The notes under the pieces were generated by a model. It made no database searches and was not told where the DNA came from. It saw only the letters and a list, made by a program, of their open reading frames with translations. From a virus: DNA of 44,935 nucleotides. Position numbers and translations under genes: made by a program. Of the stretch, positions 29,730 through 38,225 are shown one piece after another; the first letter of the stretch is position 1, and every line of letters starts with the position of its first letter. Location: UHGV virus genome UHGV-0175244; one strand, written 5' to 3'.

Positions 29730-30115
29730 GCCTCCTGCTGTGGTGCTGCTGGCAGAGGCATCCAGTGGGTAGGCTCGCAATAACAGTCGAATCCGTGATA
29801 ATACTCACGCCCTCCCTTGTAGGTTGCTGTTTTTACTGGCGGGTCATTTGACTCACTGGCACGAGGCCGGAAAACTATGACCTTGCTTCCTTCCTCAGGC
29901 ATCCGCTCACTGCAAGCCACCCAACCATCCGGAATCACCGGAGAGTTGCCATCGACACCCTGAAGCATGGCGGGGCGGCCTTGCCACCCCTCCCACATTG
30001 CCGCCATCATCATGAACCAGACGTTTCCACAGCCAGCCTTTTTGTTATCAAAGAACCAGTCAGCAAATTCACGACTCATGCCGTTTTGCTCTGCTATTTC
30101 GTAGCGATCATTCAT
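29726..30115 (-). CDS. DUF551-domain protein
   Basis: 129 aa; C-terminal ...THWMPLPAAP typical of DUF551 phage proteins. Confidence 0.55.
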   Translation of the reverse strand: MNDRYEIAEQNGMSREFADWFFDNKKAGCGNVWFMMMAAMWEGWQGRPAMLQGVDGNSPVIPDGWVACSERMPEEGSKVIVFRPRASESNDPPVKTATYKGGREYYHGFDCYCEPTHWMPLPAAPQQEA

Positions 30116-30539
30116 TGTTCTTCTCCTTGTTGAGCATGGCGGCGCGGCAGACTCTGAAAGCAGATATCACCGCCAGTACACCATGATTCCATGCTTGCTC
30201 ATCAATCGCATCAGACTTGCGACAGATATCAATCGCCGCATCGAATATCGCGGATTCATCCGGCACAGATACCGGCGCTGGCGGGGCGGTGTAGACTTCC
30301 CTGACCGGGAGTTCCTCGTTAAATCTATAGTGATCAACATCCTCCTTCTTGATGCTTACCCAATCTCCGCCATGCTTTTTGACTTGCCATCCTGCAGGCT
30401 CCGCTTCGAGCGATGCCAGCGCAATCTTCATCGCTGCCAGCGCCATCGACGCATCTTCGTTTACTGCGCCTGGCGTCGCATCGCGCTCTTCTTCAAGCTC
30501 CGAGATGGTCTGCTGGAGCCATTCTTTGGTTAATGTCAT
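30108..30539 (-). CDS. hypothetical phage protein
   Basis: 143 aa; AGGAG RBS; ead/nin-type accessory region. Confidence 0.45.
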   Translation of the reverse strand: MTLTKEWLQQTISELEEERDATPGAVNEDASMALAAMKIALASLEAEPAGWQVKKHGGDWVSIKKEDVDHYRFNEELPVREVYTAPPAPVSVPDESAIFDAAIDICRKSDAIDEQAWNHGVLAVISAFRVCRAAMLNKEKNNE

Positions 30540-30542
30540 GGG

Positions 30543-30830
30543 TTAGTAGCTCCTAAAACCGTTGCAACCGCGAAGAAATTCGACGATATAACTCTTCATT
30601 TTTTCTTGCTCGCTGCCAGACCAACCATCCGGTGGTGTCCATGCCTCGACAATCTCTGCCATCTTTTTCGCTTTGGCTGGCGTCACATCAAGCGAGTCAT
30701 TGGTATGCTGATTGTTGATAAGCTTTCCCATGCCTGGAATATCCAGAACTGCAAACCACGTCCAATTAGCGAGTCCGAGGCCGGGAATACGTTGCCCACC
30801 ACGGCGTTTATCTTCGAGTTCAACTGACAT
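30543..30830 (-). CDS. hypothetical phage protein
   Basis: about 95 aa from internal ATG (M16) with AAAGGAG RBS. Confidence 0.45.
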   Translation of the reverse strand: MSVELEDKRRGGQRIPGLGLANWTWFAVLDIPGMGKLINNQHTNDSLDVTPAKAKKMAEIVEAWTPPDGWSGSEQEKMKSYIVEFLRGCNGFRSY

Positions 30831-30832
30831 GC

Positions 30833-31234
30833 TCACTCTCCTTTGCCGGCTGCGGCGGCGCGTTCCGCGTCCCACTTCTGCATGTATTCTTCGATATCAC
30901 TCCATTCCTCACCTGAACTAGCCAACGCATCAATTACTGACTGGCGGTCACTGTGCTGTTCTTTACGCTCCAGTTCAGCAATCCGCTTCTCTGCGGCCAG
31001 GCATCGTTTCATCCATTCAACTCCAGATGCCGCAGCTTTATCTGCGCCTACAGATTCAGCCTCTGCCAGCTTTTCCAGCTTGAAGATTTGCCTCTCTGCG
31101 GACTCAAGGGCGTCGAGTGTCACTTCAAGGATGTCGCGCATTTTCTCGGCATTCCCGTGACTGGCTTCGTCGTAACGCTCCCATAGGCGTGAGAACTTCG
31201 ATTCGTATTGCGCCTGTTTGTCGATGTTGCTCAT
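30833..31234 (-). CDS. hypothetical coiled-coil phage protein
   Basis: 133 aa, acidic, predicted coiled coil. Confidence 0.45.
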   Translation of the reverse strand: MSNIDKQAQYESKFSRLWERYDEASHGNAEKMRDILEVTLDALESAERQIFKLEKLAEAESVGADKAAASGVEWMKRCLAAEKRIAELERKEQHSDRQSVIDALASSGEEWSDIEEYMQKWDAERAAAAGKGE

Positions 31235-31887
31235 TGGGCGGCCTCCTGGCGGTCTATGCGTTCAATTTCGGCCAGAATAAGTGCGCCAGCTTTCACCAGG
31301 TCACGGCGTGGATTTGTCGGCTTCCACCATTCTGGTGCCCACGGCCAGTTTTTAGGTGCTGGATGGATGTCATAAGGCGTTCCATCATCTTCAAAATCCC
31401 AGGATGCAGCGGCAGAATGGAACGCATAACACGATGCAGCAAAGGCCAATTCATTATTGTCATGCTTGTCGTCATGCTTAGACGTCCAGCCCTCAGCTGA
31501 TTGCTGGCGTTGACGCTCTGCAATTACTGACTGAACTGCATTGGATAGCGATTTCACACCCTGAGCCCGCACTTCATCCAGGAAAGCTTCGGTGGCCGTG
31601 GTTTCTGCTTCACGCATTAACTCCACAGCCAAGCCATAAAAATCATCTTTGACGCAATCTGCATACGCGATTCCATCAACGGTGTTCAAGTGTCCGTGGT
31701 TATAGCCTGCTGCGTAAACCTCTTCAGCCTGCTCAATAAGCCCCGCATTCTCCGCAGCCAGCGCCGCGCACATGGCATCCGCTTCGGCAAATTTACGCAC
31801 AAGATACTCGGCGTTGGTTTCGTTAACCTTCAGATCGCGTGGAATGCACTTGCCACGCAGAAAACCTTCCATCTCAAATAATTTCAT
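31231..31887 (-). CDS. hypothetical phage protein (DUF550-like?)
   Basis: 218 aa from internal ATG (M75); C-terminal NWPWAPEWWKP...PRRDLVKAGALILAEIERI recalls DUF550. Confidence 0.45.
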   Translation of the reverse strand: MKLFEMEGFLRGKCIPRDLKVNETNAEYLVRKFAEADAMCAALAAENAGLIEQAEEVYAAGYNHGHLNTVDGIAYADCVKDDFYGLAVELMREAETTATEAFLDEVRAQGVKSLSNAVQSVIAERQRQQSAEGWTSKHDDKHDNNELAFAASCYAFHSAAASWDFEDDGTPYDIHPAPKNWPWAPEWWKPTNPRRDLVKAGALILAEIERIDRQEAAQ

Positions 31888-32198
31888 ACCCCTACTCTCC
31901 CCCAAACCATCAATACTCGCTTCATTGCTGCGCTGTTGCGGCACTCCTGAAATATTCCGTTGGTGCAGCTGCGTGCGGTACCGGCCTGCTCTTCCTGCGT
32001 GGCCAGGCGATAAGTCACCGTTCGCCATACCTTGCTCACGCGTACAATCTTGCGGGCCCGCTCCAGGTCGAGAGCGTTTTTCGTGATGCAGTTGATGGTC
32101 ATGCCGCACTCTGTGGCCACATCCTTCGCGGTGAAGGTCCGGTGCGTTTCGAGATAACGCAGAATTGCCTGTTTGCCTTTCATCGTCTTAGCACTCAT
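31884..32198 (-). CDS. hypothetical protein, possible winged-helix DNA-binding
   Basis: 104 aa; downstream of helicase gene; stop overlaps next start (ATGA). Confidence 0.4.
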   Translation of the reverse strand: MSAKTMKGKQAILRYLETHRTFTAKDVATECGMTINCITKNALDLERARKIVRVSKVWRTVTYRLATQEEQAGTARSCTNGIFQECRNSAAMKRVLMVWGRVGV

Positions 32199-33561
32199 AG
32201 TCAGCCTCCTGTTGCATCTGGCCGCTGTAGGTGAAATCTACCGGGTCCAGGCCTGAGTAGCGGCTGCTGAAGTGGTAGGTCTTTTCTGCCCCCGGCGCAT
32301 GGCGGGACTTCACACAGATGATTTCGGTGATGCCTTTCAGTTCTGTGTTCGGGTTGTATTTCTCATCCCGGTAGATCATGAAAATCACATCGGCTTCCTG
32401 CTCGATAACACCGGACTCGCGGAGGTCAGCTGCGACCGGGCGCTTATTAGCACGTTCTTCGACCTTACGGTTAAGCTGAGCCAGTGCGATGACCGGGCAA
32501 CGCAACTCTTTCGCCAGGTTTTTCAGGCCGGTTGCGATCTCCCCTACGCTGCGGTTCATGTTCTCAGGGTCAGACATGCGCATCTTCTGGAGGTAATCGA
32601 CAATGACCACACCAAGTCCACCCAGTTTCTTGCTCATTCGCCTGGCTTCAGCACGCACCTGATGAACGCTGAGGGATGGCTTGTCGTTGATATAGATCGG
32701 GGCTTCGATGAAATCCTTCATGCAGTGGCCGACCTTTCCCCAGGCACCATCCATCACGCCGCTCTGCTTGCTGAGTAAATCCTCTTTGCTCACCCGGGCC
32801 CGGTGGAACGCGACTCGCTCAGAGATTTGTTCCACTGGCATCTCGAGACTGAAGAACAGCACCGGCTTTTTGTTTTTCAGGCCGACTGTCTCGGTCACTG
32901 TGGTGCTGAACATAGTTTTCCCCATGCCAGGGCGCCCGCCGACAACGATGAAATCGGTGTTGTTGAACCCGCCGAATGCGCTGTCGATGGTTGCCATGCC
33001 CAGCTCGGTTTTGTGCTTCCAGATATCGCCGCTGATAATCGACTGGATAGTCTCGAGGGACATGTCGATCCCGGTGGTGATGTGCTCGGTGCCGTAGTCG
33101 GTGTTGTGCTCGATGCCAGAGATATCCGCCTGTATGTTGCCGATGATGTCAGCGATACCCTCACTGGATGGTTCGGACAGCTTCTGGATCCCTACCTGTA
33201 GCGCCAGGGTCATCCGGCGGCCGAGATGCATTTCCCGCAACTTTTCGCAGTACGAGGCAAGGTTCGCGAACGACGGTGTGTTTTTGCTGCATTCAGCCAG
33301 GTAAGCGAATCCCCCGGCACTTTCCAGCGCGCCAAGCCGTTCAAGGTCGCTGGTCAACGTCAGCAGGTCTATCTTCTCCCCGGACTCGTTGAGGCGTTTG
33401 TAGGACCGCAGAGCCACCTTGTGAGGCGTTGCTGTGAAGTAGTCCTCAGTCAGCCCCTCAATCGCGTCAGTCGCCATGTCAACGCCGTCTGTGCGGCCCG
33501 CTGCGAGCATGATCCCGCCGATGACGGCCTGCTCAACGTACAAATCGATAAAACGGCTCAT
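32188..33561 (-). CDS. replicative DNA helicase (DnaB family)
   Basis: 457 aa; Walker A GGRPGMGKT, DnaB N- and C-domain character. Confidence 0.9.
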   Translation of the reverse strand: MSRFIDLYVEQAVIGGIMLAAGRTDGVDMATDAIEGLTEDYFTATPHKVALRSYKRLNESGEKIDLLTLTSDLERLGALESAGGFAYLAECSKNTPSFANLASYCEKLREMHLGRRMTLALQVGIQKLSEPSSEGIADIIGNIQADISGIEHNTDYGTEHITTGIDMSLETIQSIISGDIWKHKTELGMATIDSAFGGFNNTDFIVVGGRPGMGKTMFSTTVTETVGLKNKKPVLFFSLEMPVEQISERVAFHRARVSKEDLLSKQSGVMDGAWGKVGHCMKDFIEAPIYINDKPSLSVHQVRAEARRMSKKLGGLGVVIVDYLQKMRMSDPENMNRSVGEIATGLKNLAKELRCPVIALAQLNRKVEERANKRPVAADLRESGVIEQEADVIFMIYRDEKYNPNTELKGITEIICVKSRHAPGAEKTYHFSSRYSGLDPVDFTYSGQMQQEADYEC

Positions 33562-34643
33562 GCTTTGACTCCCTTGCGCTCACGGTGCTCGTTGATGGCC
33601 TGCTCGTAGACAGATCCCCAGTTCTTCGGATTCAGTATCCAGTCGAGAGTCAGCCATGGCTGATCGCCTCTGGTGCCGAACAGGGAAGACTTGCTAATCA
33701 GCTCGAAGGCCATTCCCATGTGCTTCAGTTCTCGCCAGTTGCCCTGGGTGGTTTTGCCGTTCCACACAGCTTCCAGGTCTCGATAGGCCGGACGGCGGCG
33801 GTTCCACTCATGCAGTGAAACGGCCTTTGAAGGGAATTTTTCATTCCAGAGCTTGATGATCTCTTCGTGCGGACAGGCTGCCGGATTGCTTCCATGACCA
33901 TCTGCCCATATCAGGGCGTCTGACAGGTATCCATCAAAGCGGGTCATACGGCACAGGTTCTCTGGCTTGAAGCTGTGACCCCAGTTCACATGGGCCCAGC
34001 GGATAACGAGTTTCAGCTCTTCAGCGGTGTAGCACTGGTCTTTGCTCTTCACCGTGGAGAGAGCTTTCTCGAAAGGTGCCAGCGCAGCACAACGACTACC
34101 AGTTAGCTCGTTGAAGTAATCCATCACCTCCTGAGCGAGTGAGTTTTCCCCCTTGGGGGATTTAGGGGGATCTTGTCTTTCTGTATTTTGATTATTGTCT
34201 TTTGTGGTTAGCACCTTCTGCTTAGTTCTGTTAGCAACTTCCGCTAAGGTTTTCTTAGCAGGTTTAGCTAATGTTTTGCAGAATCCGTTAACCTTCGTTT
34301 CCCACTCGGAAACATTGGTATTCATGCCCACTTTGCGGCCTTCCTGAATGAATACCTTCTTGCCGATCAGCAGGTTTTTGGCAGTAGAGCAATGCGTGTG
34401 GTGCTTACCAACCATCTGCTCAAGTTGCTCGTTGCTGACCCAATCCGTTTTTTTATTGAAGCCGTATGTTTTGCGCCAGACGGCCAGCACAATGCACATC
34501 TCAGTTTCGCTCAAACCTGAAGCCATAACGGCATCAAGAAGCTCATTCGCGACGCGAGTGAACCCATCTTCCAGTTGCGCCACACGATGCTCCACGACCT
34601 CCAGCGGCGGCCTGTAGTCTGCTAAATGCTTAACGACGCCCAT
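33558..34643 (-). CDS. replication initiation protein (lambda O-like)
   Basis: 361 aa; basic/polar linker in the middle coincides with iteron-like DNA. Confidence 0.75.
   Translation of the reverse strand: MGVVKHLADYRPPLEVVEHRVAQLEDGFTRVANELLDAVMASGLSETEMCIVLAVWRKTYGFNKKTDWVSNEQLEQMVGKHHTHCSTAKNLLIGKKVFIQEGRKVGMNTNVSEWETKVNGFCKTLAKPAKKTLAEVANRTKQKVLTTKDNNQNTERQDPPKSPKGENSLAQEVMDYFNELTGSRCAALAPFEKALSTVKSKDQCYTAEELKLVIRWAHVNWGHSFKPENLCRMTRFDGYLSDALIWADGHGSNPAACPHEEIIKLWNEKFPSKAVSLHEWNRRRPAYRDLEAVWNGKTTQGNWRELKHMGMAFELISKSSLFGTRGDQPWLTLDWILNPKNWGSVYEQAINEHRERKGVKA
34146..34275. repeat. candidate origin of replication (iteron-like repeats plus AT-rich tract) inside O-like gene
   Basis: ttcccccttggggga and tttaggggga; AT-rich stretch; two 15-bp units GTTAGCA(C/A)CTTC(T/C)GC spaced 23 bp; further TTAGC motifs. 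Confidence 0.4.
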
Positions 34644-34797
34644 GCTTCACCCCTGCCTGAATCAGTGCCAGTCTTGCCATGCCAACAAAGCGCTCAGCGA
34701 ACGCCCGGTTTTTTGAGGCAGCGACAACCAGGCCATCTGGTGAATCTGGGTGGCGACGTTCCTCTTTTTCCTGGTACTTTTTGCGAGTTTTTGACAT
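34630..34797 (-). CDS. small basic hypothetical protein
   Basis: 55 aa from internal ATG with GGGAG RBS; between cII-like gene and O-like gene. Confidence 0.35.
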   Translation of the reverse strand: MSKTRKKYQEKEERRHPDSPDGLVVAASKNRAFAERFVGMARLALIQAGVKHGRR

Positions 34798-34885
34798 ACT
34801 TACTCCCGTTACTTGGCGTAACACAGTGTGATAAGGGCCTTTGAAGTGACCGCTTCAAGGGCTTTCGCTTTTTTGGTAGTACCCA

Positions 34886-35452
34886 TCACATAACTCCCGG
34901 CGCCATAGCGGCCAGACTTGTCACCACCGCAGCGATTGATTCAGTTGGCAGGAGGCGCAGCAGTGCTTCAGCAGCTTCTCTCACCTCTTTCTCAAGGCGT
35001 TGTATCGGCTGACCAAGTAACTTCGCCTGATGCGCTTCAGTGCACTCTTTCATGGCCTCGGCTATCAGTTCGGCCTCAGTCTTTGCGACAAGACCGAACT
35101 CTCTCGCCACTTTCTCGTTATCCCGAGCCATCACATCAACAATGACGGGGATAAGTAGCACCAGGCCTTTATCGTTCTTAGGTCCCGGGTCGTTAATCAT
35201 CCGGAAGAAGTTCTGCTTGGTGTTGTGCTCAGAACCGGCCAGCAGCAATCCACGACCGCCGCGCGCCAGCCACTCCTTTGCTACCAGTTGCGAAATGTGA
35301 ACCTGAGCCTGTCCGGGCGTTGCCTTCTGCCAGGCGCGAACAGCTTCGCGGATCCTGGTCAGCTTACTGTTATTGCGCGGAACGCTTTGATTTATCGAAA
35401 TCATCGGATTCGCAGTGAATCCGTTATTCTCGTGATACGTAAGTGAATGCAT
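34886..35452 (-). CDS. cII/YdaT-like regulatory protein (putative)
   Basis: 188 aa immediately downstream of cro-like gene; assignment by position. Confidence 0.35.
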   Translation of the reverse strand: MHSLTYHENNGFTANPMISINQSVPRNNSKLTRIREAVRAWQKATPGQAQVHISQLVAKEWLARGGRGLLLAGSEHNTKQNFFRMINDPGPKNDKGLVLLIPVIVDVMARDNEKVAREFGLVAKTEAELIAEAMKECTEAHQAKLLGQPIQRLEKEVREAAEALLRLLPTESIAAVVTSLAAMAPGVM

Positions 35453-35469
35453 TGCTTTCCCTTTCGTGG

Positions 35470-35703
35470 TTAGGCCGCAGTATCACGCGGCGATGCGAAT
35501 ACCAGGCTTTCTTTGAGGACCGGAGCCTGGCGGTGAAAATTCTTCGTGCCTTTTTCGATAGCAGATGCCATTTCTGGAGATGCCCGGCGATTTCCGTAGG
35601 CAATCTGGTCCAGGTAACCTGGCGTCGTGTTAGCCAACTTTGCGAGCTGTGCCCATTCGTCGGTAGTGGCGGCCTTGCGCCAGCGGTGTAGTTCAGTGCT
35701 CAT
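35470..35703 (-). CDS. cro: Cro/YdaS-like HTH regulator
   Basis: 77 aa; HTH segment WAQLAKLANTTPGYLDQIAYG; divergent from cI; GGAG RBS. Confidence 0.65.
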   Translation of the reverse strand: MSTELHRWRKAATTDEWAQLAKLANTTPGYLDQIAYGNRRASPEMASAIEKGTKNFHRQAPVLKESLVFASPRDTAA

Positions 35704-35735
35704 TGTTGTCTCCGGGTGAGTCGTTTAATTTGGAG

Positions 35736-35801
35736 TTTAGCGTTATGCTAAATACTACGCAAGCATCATTTAGCAATTTGCACATTTATCATTCTGCTAA
35801 A
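35736..35801. promoter_or_regulatory. OR operator region (PR/PRM) between cro and cI
   Basis: 17-bp palindrome tttagcgttatgctaaa (35736-35752) plus two related sites; possible PRM -10 TAACAAT at 35807-35813 giving leaderless cI. Confidence 0.5.
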
Positions 35802-35819
35802 AGCAGTAACAATGCAGGG

Positions 35820-36497
35820 ATGGAAAATAAAGAAATCAGAAAAGCCAACCTGGAAGCGCTGTACGAGAAACGTCAGCACGAATCTGGAATGACCAAGGCG
35901 CAGTTCGCCGAGCTCATCGAGACAAGTCCGGCTGCGCTTAGCCAGCTACTGGGACCAAACCCTCATCGCAATATCGGCGATAAGATGGCTCGCAAAATTG
36001 AAACTGCGCTTGATCTGCCTTTTGGCTGGATGGATGTTTTACACGCCAGTGAAGAACCTTCGAACGTTGCATTTCGAGGACTTAACGAGATAAAAGGAAG
36101 TTATCCTGTGATCAGCTGGGTAAGCGCGGGGCAATGGATGGAAGCTGTAGAACCTTATCACCGAAGAGCGATAGATCGCTGGTATGACACGACCGTTGAT
36201 TGTTCAGAAGATTCATTCTGGCTTGACGTTAAAGGGGATTCTATGACCTCCCCGGCCGGACTGAGCATACCAGAGGGAGCAGCGATACTTGTTGATCCTG
36301 AAGTCGAGCCGCGCAACGGAAAGCTGGTTGTCGCGAAGCTAGAAGGCGATAACGAAGCGACCTTTAAGAAGCTTGTAATCGATGCCGGCAGACGCTTCCT
36401 TAAGCCACTTAACCCCGCGTATCCAATGCTAGAAGTTAATGGAAACTGCAAAATTATTGGCGTTGTGGTCGATGCAAAAATACTAAACATCCCATAA
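35820..36497 (+). CDS. cI: CI-type repressor (HTH plus LexA-like S24 peptidase domain)
   Basis: 225 aa from ATG at 35820; HTH MTKAQFAELIETSPAALSQLL; C-terminal autocleavage-domain character; listed ORF start 35703 is a TTG artefact. Confidence 0.85.
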   Translation: MENKEIRKANLEALYEKRQHESGMTKAQFAELIETSPAALSQLLGPNPHRNIGDKMARKIETALDLPFGWMDVLHASEEPSNVAFRGLNEIKGSYPVISWVSAGQWMEAVEPYHRRAIDRWYDTTVDCSEDSFWLDVKGDSMTSPAGLSIPEGAAILVDPEVEPRNGKLVVAKLEGDNEATFKKLVIDAGRRFLKPLNPAYPMLEVNGNCKIIGVVVDAKILNIP

Positions 36498-36516
36498 CCA
36501 CACGCAAAACCCCTCA

Positions 36517-36541
36517 AGCCCGCCATTGCGCGGGCTTTTTT
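36517..36541 (+). terminator. rho-independent terminator after cI
   Basis: agcccgc-cattg-gcgggct followed by T6-7. Confidence 0.6.
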
Positions 36542-36580
36542 GCGTCCCGAATTCCTGCGCTGTAAATTTTTAATCGCTTA

Positions 36581-36655
36581 TTAATCAAAAAGCTAAATAA
36601 AATCCGCCAATAATTTAGCATTTTGCTATTGCGCATAATTTAGCATCACGCTAAA
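36581..36655. promoter_or_regulatory. OL operator region / candidate pL
   Basis: perfect 17-bp site tttagcatcacgctaaa (36639-36655) plus two degenerate copies; same half-sites as OR. Confidence 0.45.
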
Positions 36656-37150
36656 TTTACCCCATCGAAACGAAACATCGACAGCTGAGCGAAGTTAGCC
36701 AGCGGCGGATAGCGAGTCGCCTGCTCATTAAGAATTCAGTCAAGCAGCAAATCACCCGGAGCGCTCCTGGCAAATTGAAATGGCGCCCAATGGGATTGAG
36801 GCAGGTGTGTAACGCGTGGCGGGTATAGCACACGAAGAGGACTCCGCACCGGAATGGTTTGCTGCTCAGTTCCCGAACATCGGGGAATCTTCAGTGGGAA
36901 TGTTTTGGGATTGGATGAATGCGCAGGCTGATGCGCGGGGTGGAGCGGCCCGGGTGGCTACTGAATCAAGACAGGCTGTAAGACAAGCTGTGTAAATAAC
37001 TGGTAAGCCGTAGTAGCCAATAAAGCAGGTGAAAATCATAACGTCTATCCCGCTTCGGCGGTGGCAGCTAACACCTGTGATAGTCAATGCCGGAGATCAG
37101 CGCCGGCCATCCAATCACCAAAGCATTTCGATTCATCAACCCACGCAACA

Positions 37151-37241
37151 AAGGAGCTTCTATGCGACGGCAAAGCTATATCGCTCACAAATAATCGGTA
37201 CCACAAATGCTTTCGGAAACCCCGGCGATGTCGGGGTTTTT
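37151..37241 (+). other. strong RBS plus 10-codon mini-ORF followed by rho-independent terminator (attenuator-like)
   Basis: AAGGAG-5nt-ATG CGA CGG CAA AGC TAT ATC GCT CAC AAA TAA (37162-37194); then accccg-gcgatgt-cggggt plus T-run (37219-37241). Confidence 0.4.
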
Positions 37242-37389
37242 GGTGAGTGCTTTGGGTTGGCAGACGGTTATCAGCTAGTTGGTGAGGTAATGGCTCACCA
37301 AGGCGACGACGACCTTCCCCGCTTCATTGTGGGGAGCCAGCGCCAAAGCATTTCTCCCGCATCAGCGGGTAACGACAGAGGGTAAGGCG

Positions 37390-37557
37390 ATGAGAAACAC
37401 AACAGATAAATATGCTGCCGAGTGCAGTGAAGATTACAGGCAGTATCGCAAAAAATGTCGAGCATCAGTGCGTGGTGATGGGTTTCATGACCTTTGGGTA
37501 AAGCTGGCATGGATGTGCCGACGCAACGCACGAGAATGGATTAACAGAGCCGCCTAA
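37390..37557 (+). CDS. small hypothetical protein (55 aa, Cys/Arg-rich)
   Basis: internal ATG (M22 of listed ORF) with GGGTAAGG RBS; stop codon sits in loop of a strong terminator. Confidence 0.4.
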   Translation: MRNTTDKYAAECSEDYRQYRKKCRASVRGDGFHDLWVKLAWMCRRNAREWINRAA

Positions 37558-37571
37558 CCAGCGGCTTTTTT
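37549..37571 (+). terminator. rho-independent terminator
   Basis: gccgc-ctaacca-gcggc followed by T6. Confidence 0.6.
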
Positions 37572-37707
37572 CATACCTCAGTCGCTTCACCGAGGCGGCT
37601 TAGTTATGACAATCGGCGGCCATCCACCGCCCATTGAAACACTGAATAAATGCGTTGAAGTCTTGTATTAACCGTTCGGCGGCGCGGCCTTAAGCGCGGA
37701 GATGATT

Positions 37708-38064
37708 ATGAAATACACCATGAAGGTTTATAAAAACTCTGATGACCATGCTGCTTATCTGAAAGCGCGATCCGACAGCGCCAGAAATGGCCAGTCATTT
37801 GAATGGGCGGGTCACCGCTGGGCGTACGAAGTCACCAGTTTTGACGATGCCGGCGATTACGACCTGCTTTACCGGTTTGATGACAAGCCATATCCAGAAG
37901 AAGTTTCAGTCACTACAGATGACATGACGATCCGTGACTACTTTGCGGCCAAGGCTATGCAGGGAATCATCAGCAGCGAATGCAAATATGGAGCGTTTAG
38001 TTATTTAGCAAGCGATGCATACAGCATTGCCGACGCAATGCTCCGCGCCCGGGAGGCATCATGA
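37708..38064 (+). CDS. small acidic hypothetical early protein
   Basis: 118 aa from ATG with GGAG 7 nt upstream; Asp/Glu-rich. Confidence 0.45.
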   Translation: MKYTMKVYKNSDDHAAYLKARSDSARNGQSFEWAGHRWAYEVTSFDDAGDYDLLYRFDDKPYPEEVSVTTDDMTIRDYFAAKAMQGIISSECKYGAFSYLASDAYSIADAMLRAREAS

Positions 38065-38225
38065 CAGTCACCCACAACGGCAGGCAGTACACCTTTAAGC
38101 GCTGCGCCATGAACGATAACGAATGGCGGCTAACGTCGATCACCAATCTGCGAGAGCAGGTCACACTGAACAGCGGGCAGATGCACATTGCTGGCTTACT
38201 GGCCCAGGTGGAGGGTAAAAAATGA
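38061..38225 (+). CDS. small hypothetical early protein
   Basis: 54-aa ORF not in ORF track; GGGAGG RBS; ATGA overlaps with both neighbours. Confidence 0.4.
   Translation: MTVTHNGRQYTFKRCAMNDNEWRLTSITNLREQVTLNSGQMHIAGLLAQVEGKK

Noticed and set aside
35703-35819. Long N-terminal extension of the cI ORF from a TTG at 35703
   Set aside because: Would overlap the cro start and the operator palindromes; alignment logic with lambda CI places the start at ATG 35820.
36866-37385. Listed ORFs 36866-37087 (minus), 37029-37385 (plus) and 37061-37246 (plus) as genes
   Set aside because: Mutually overlapping, GTG-initiated or lacking an RBS, and they run through terminator hairpins; a small hydrophobic peptide in 36866-37087 cannot be excluded.
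36660-37390. N antiterminator gene
   Set aside because: No frame in this stretch has a start codon with an Arg-rich N-like product; the longest open frame lacks an initiator and ORFs on both strands overlap in a way typical of non-coding DNA.
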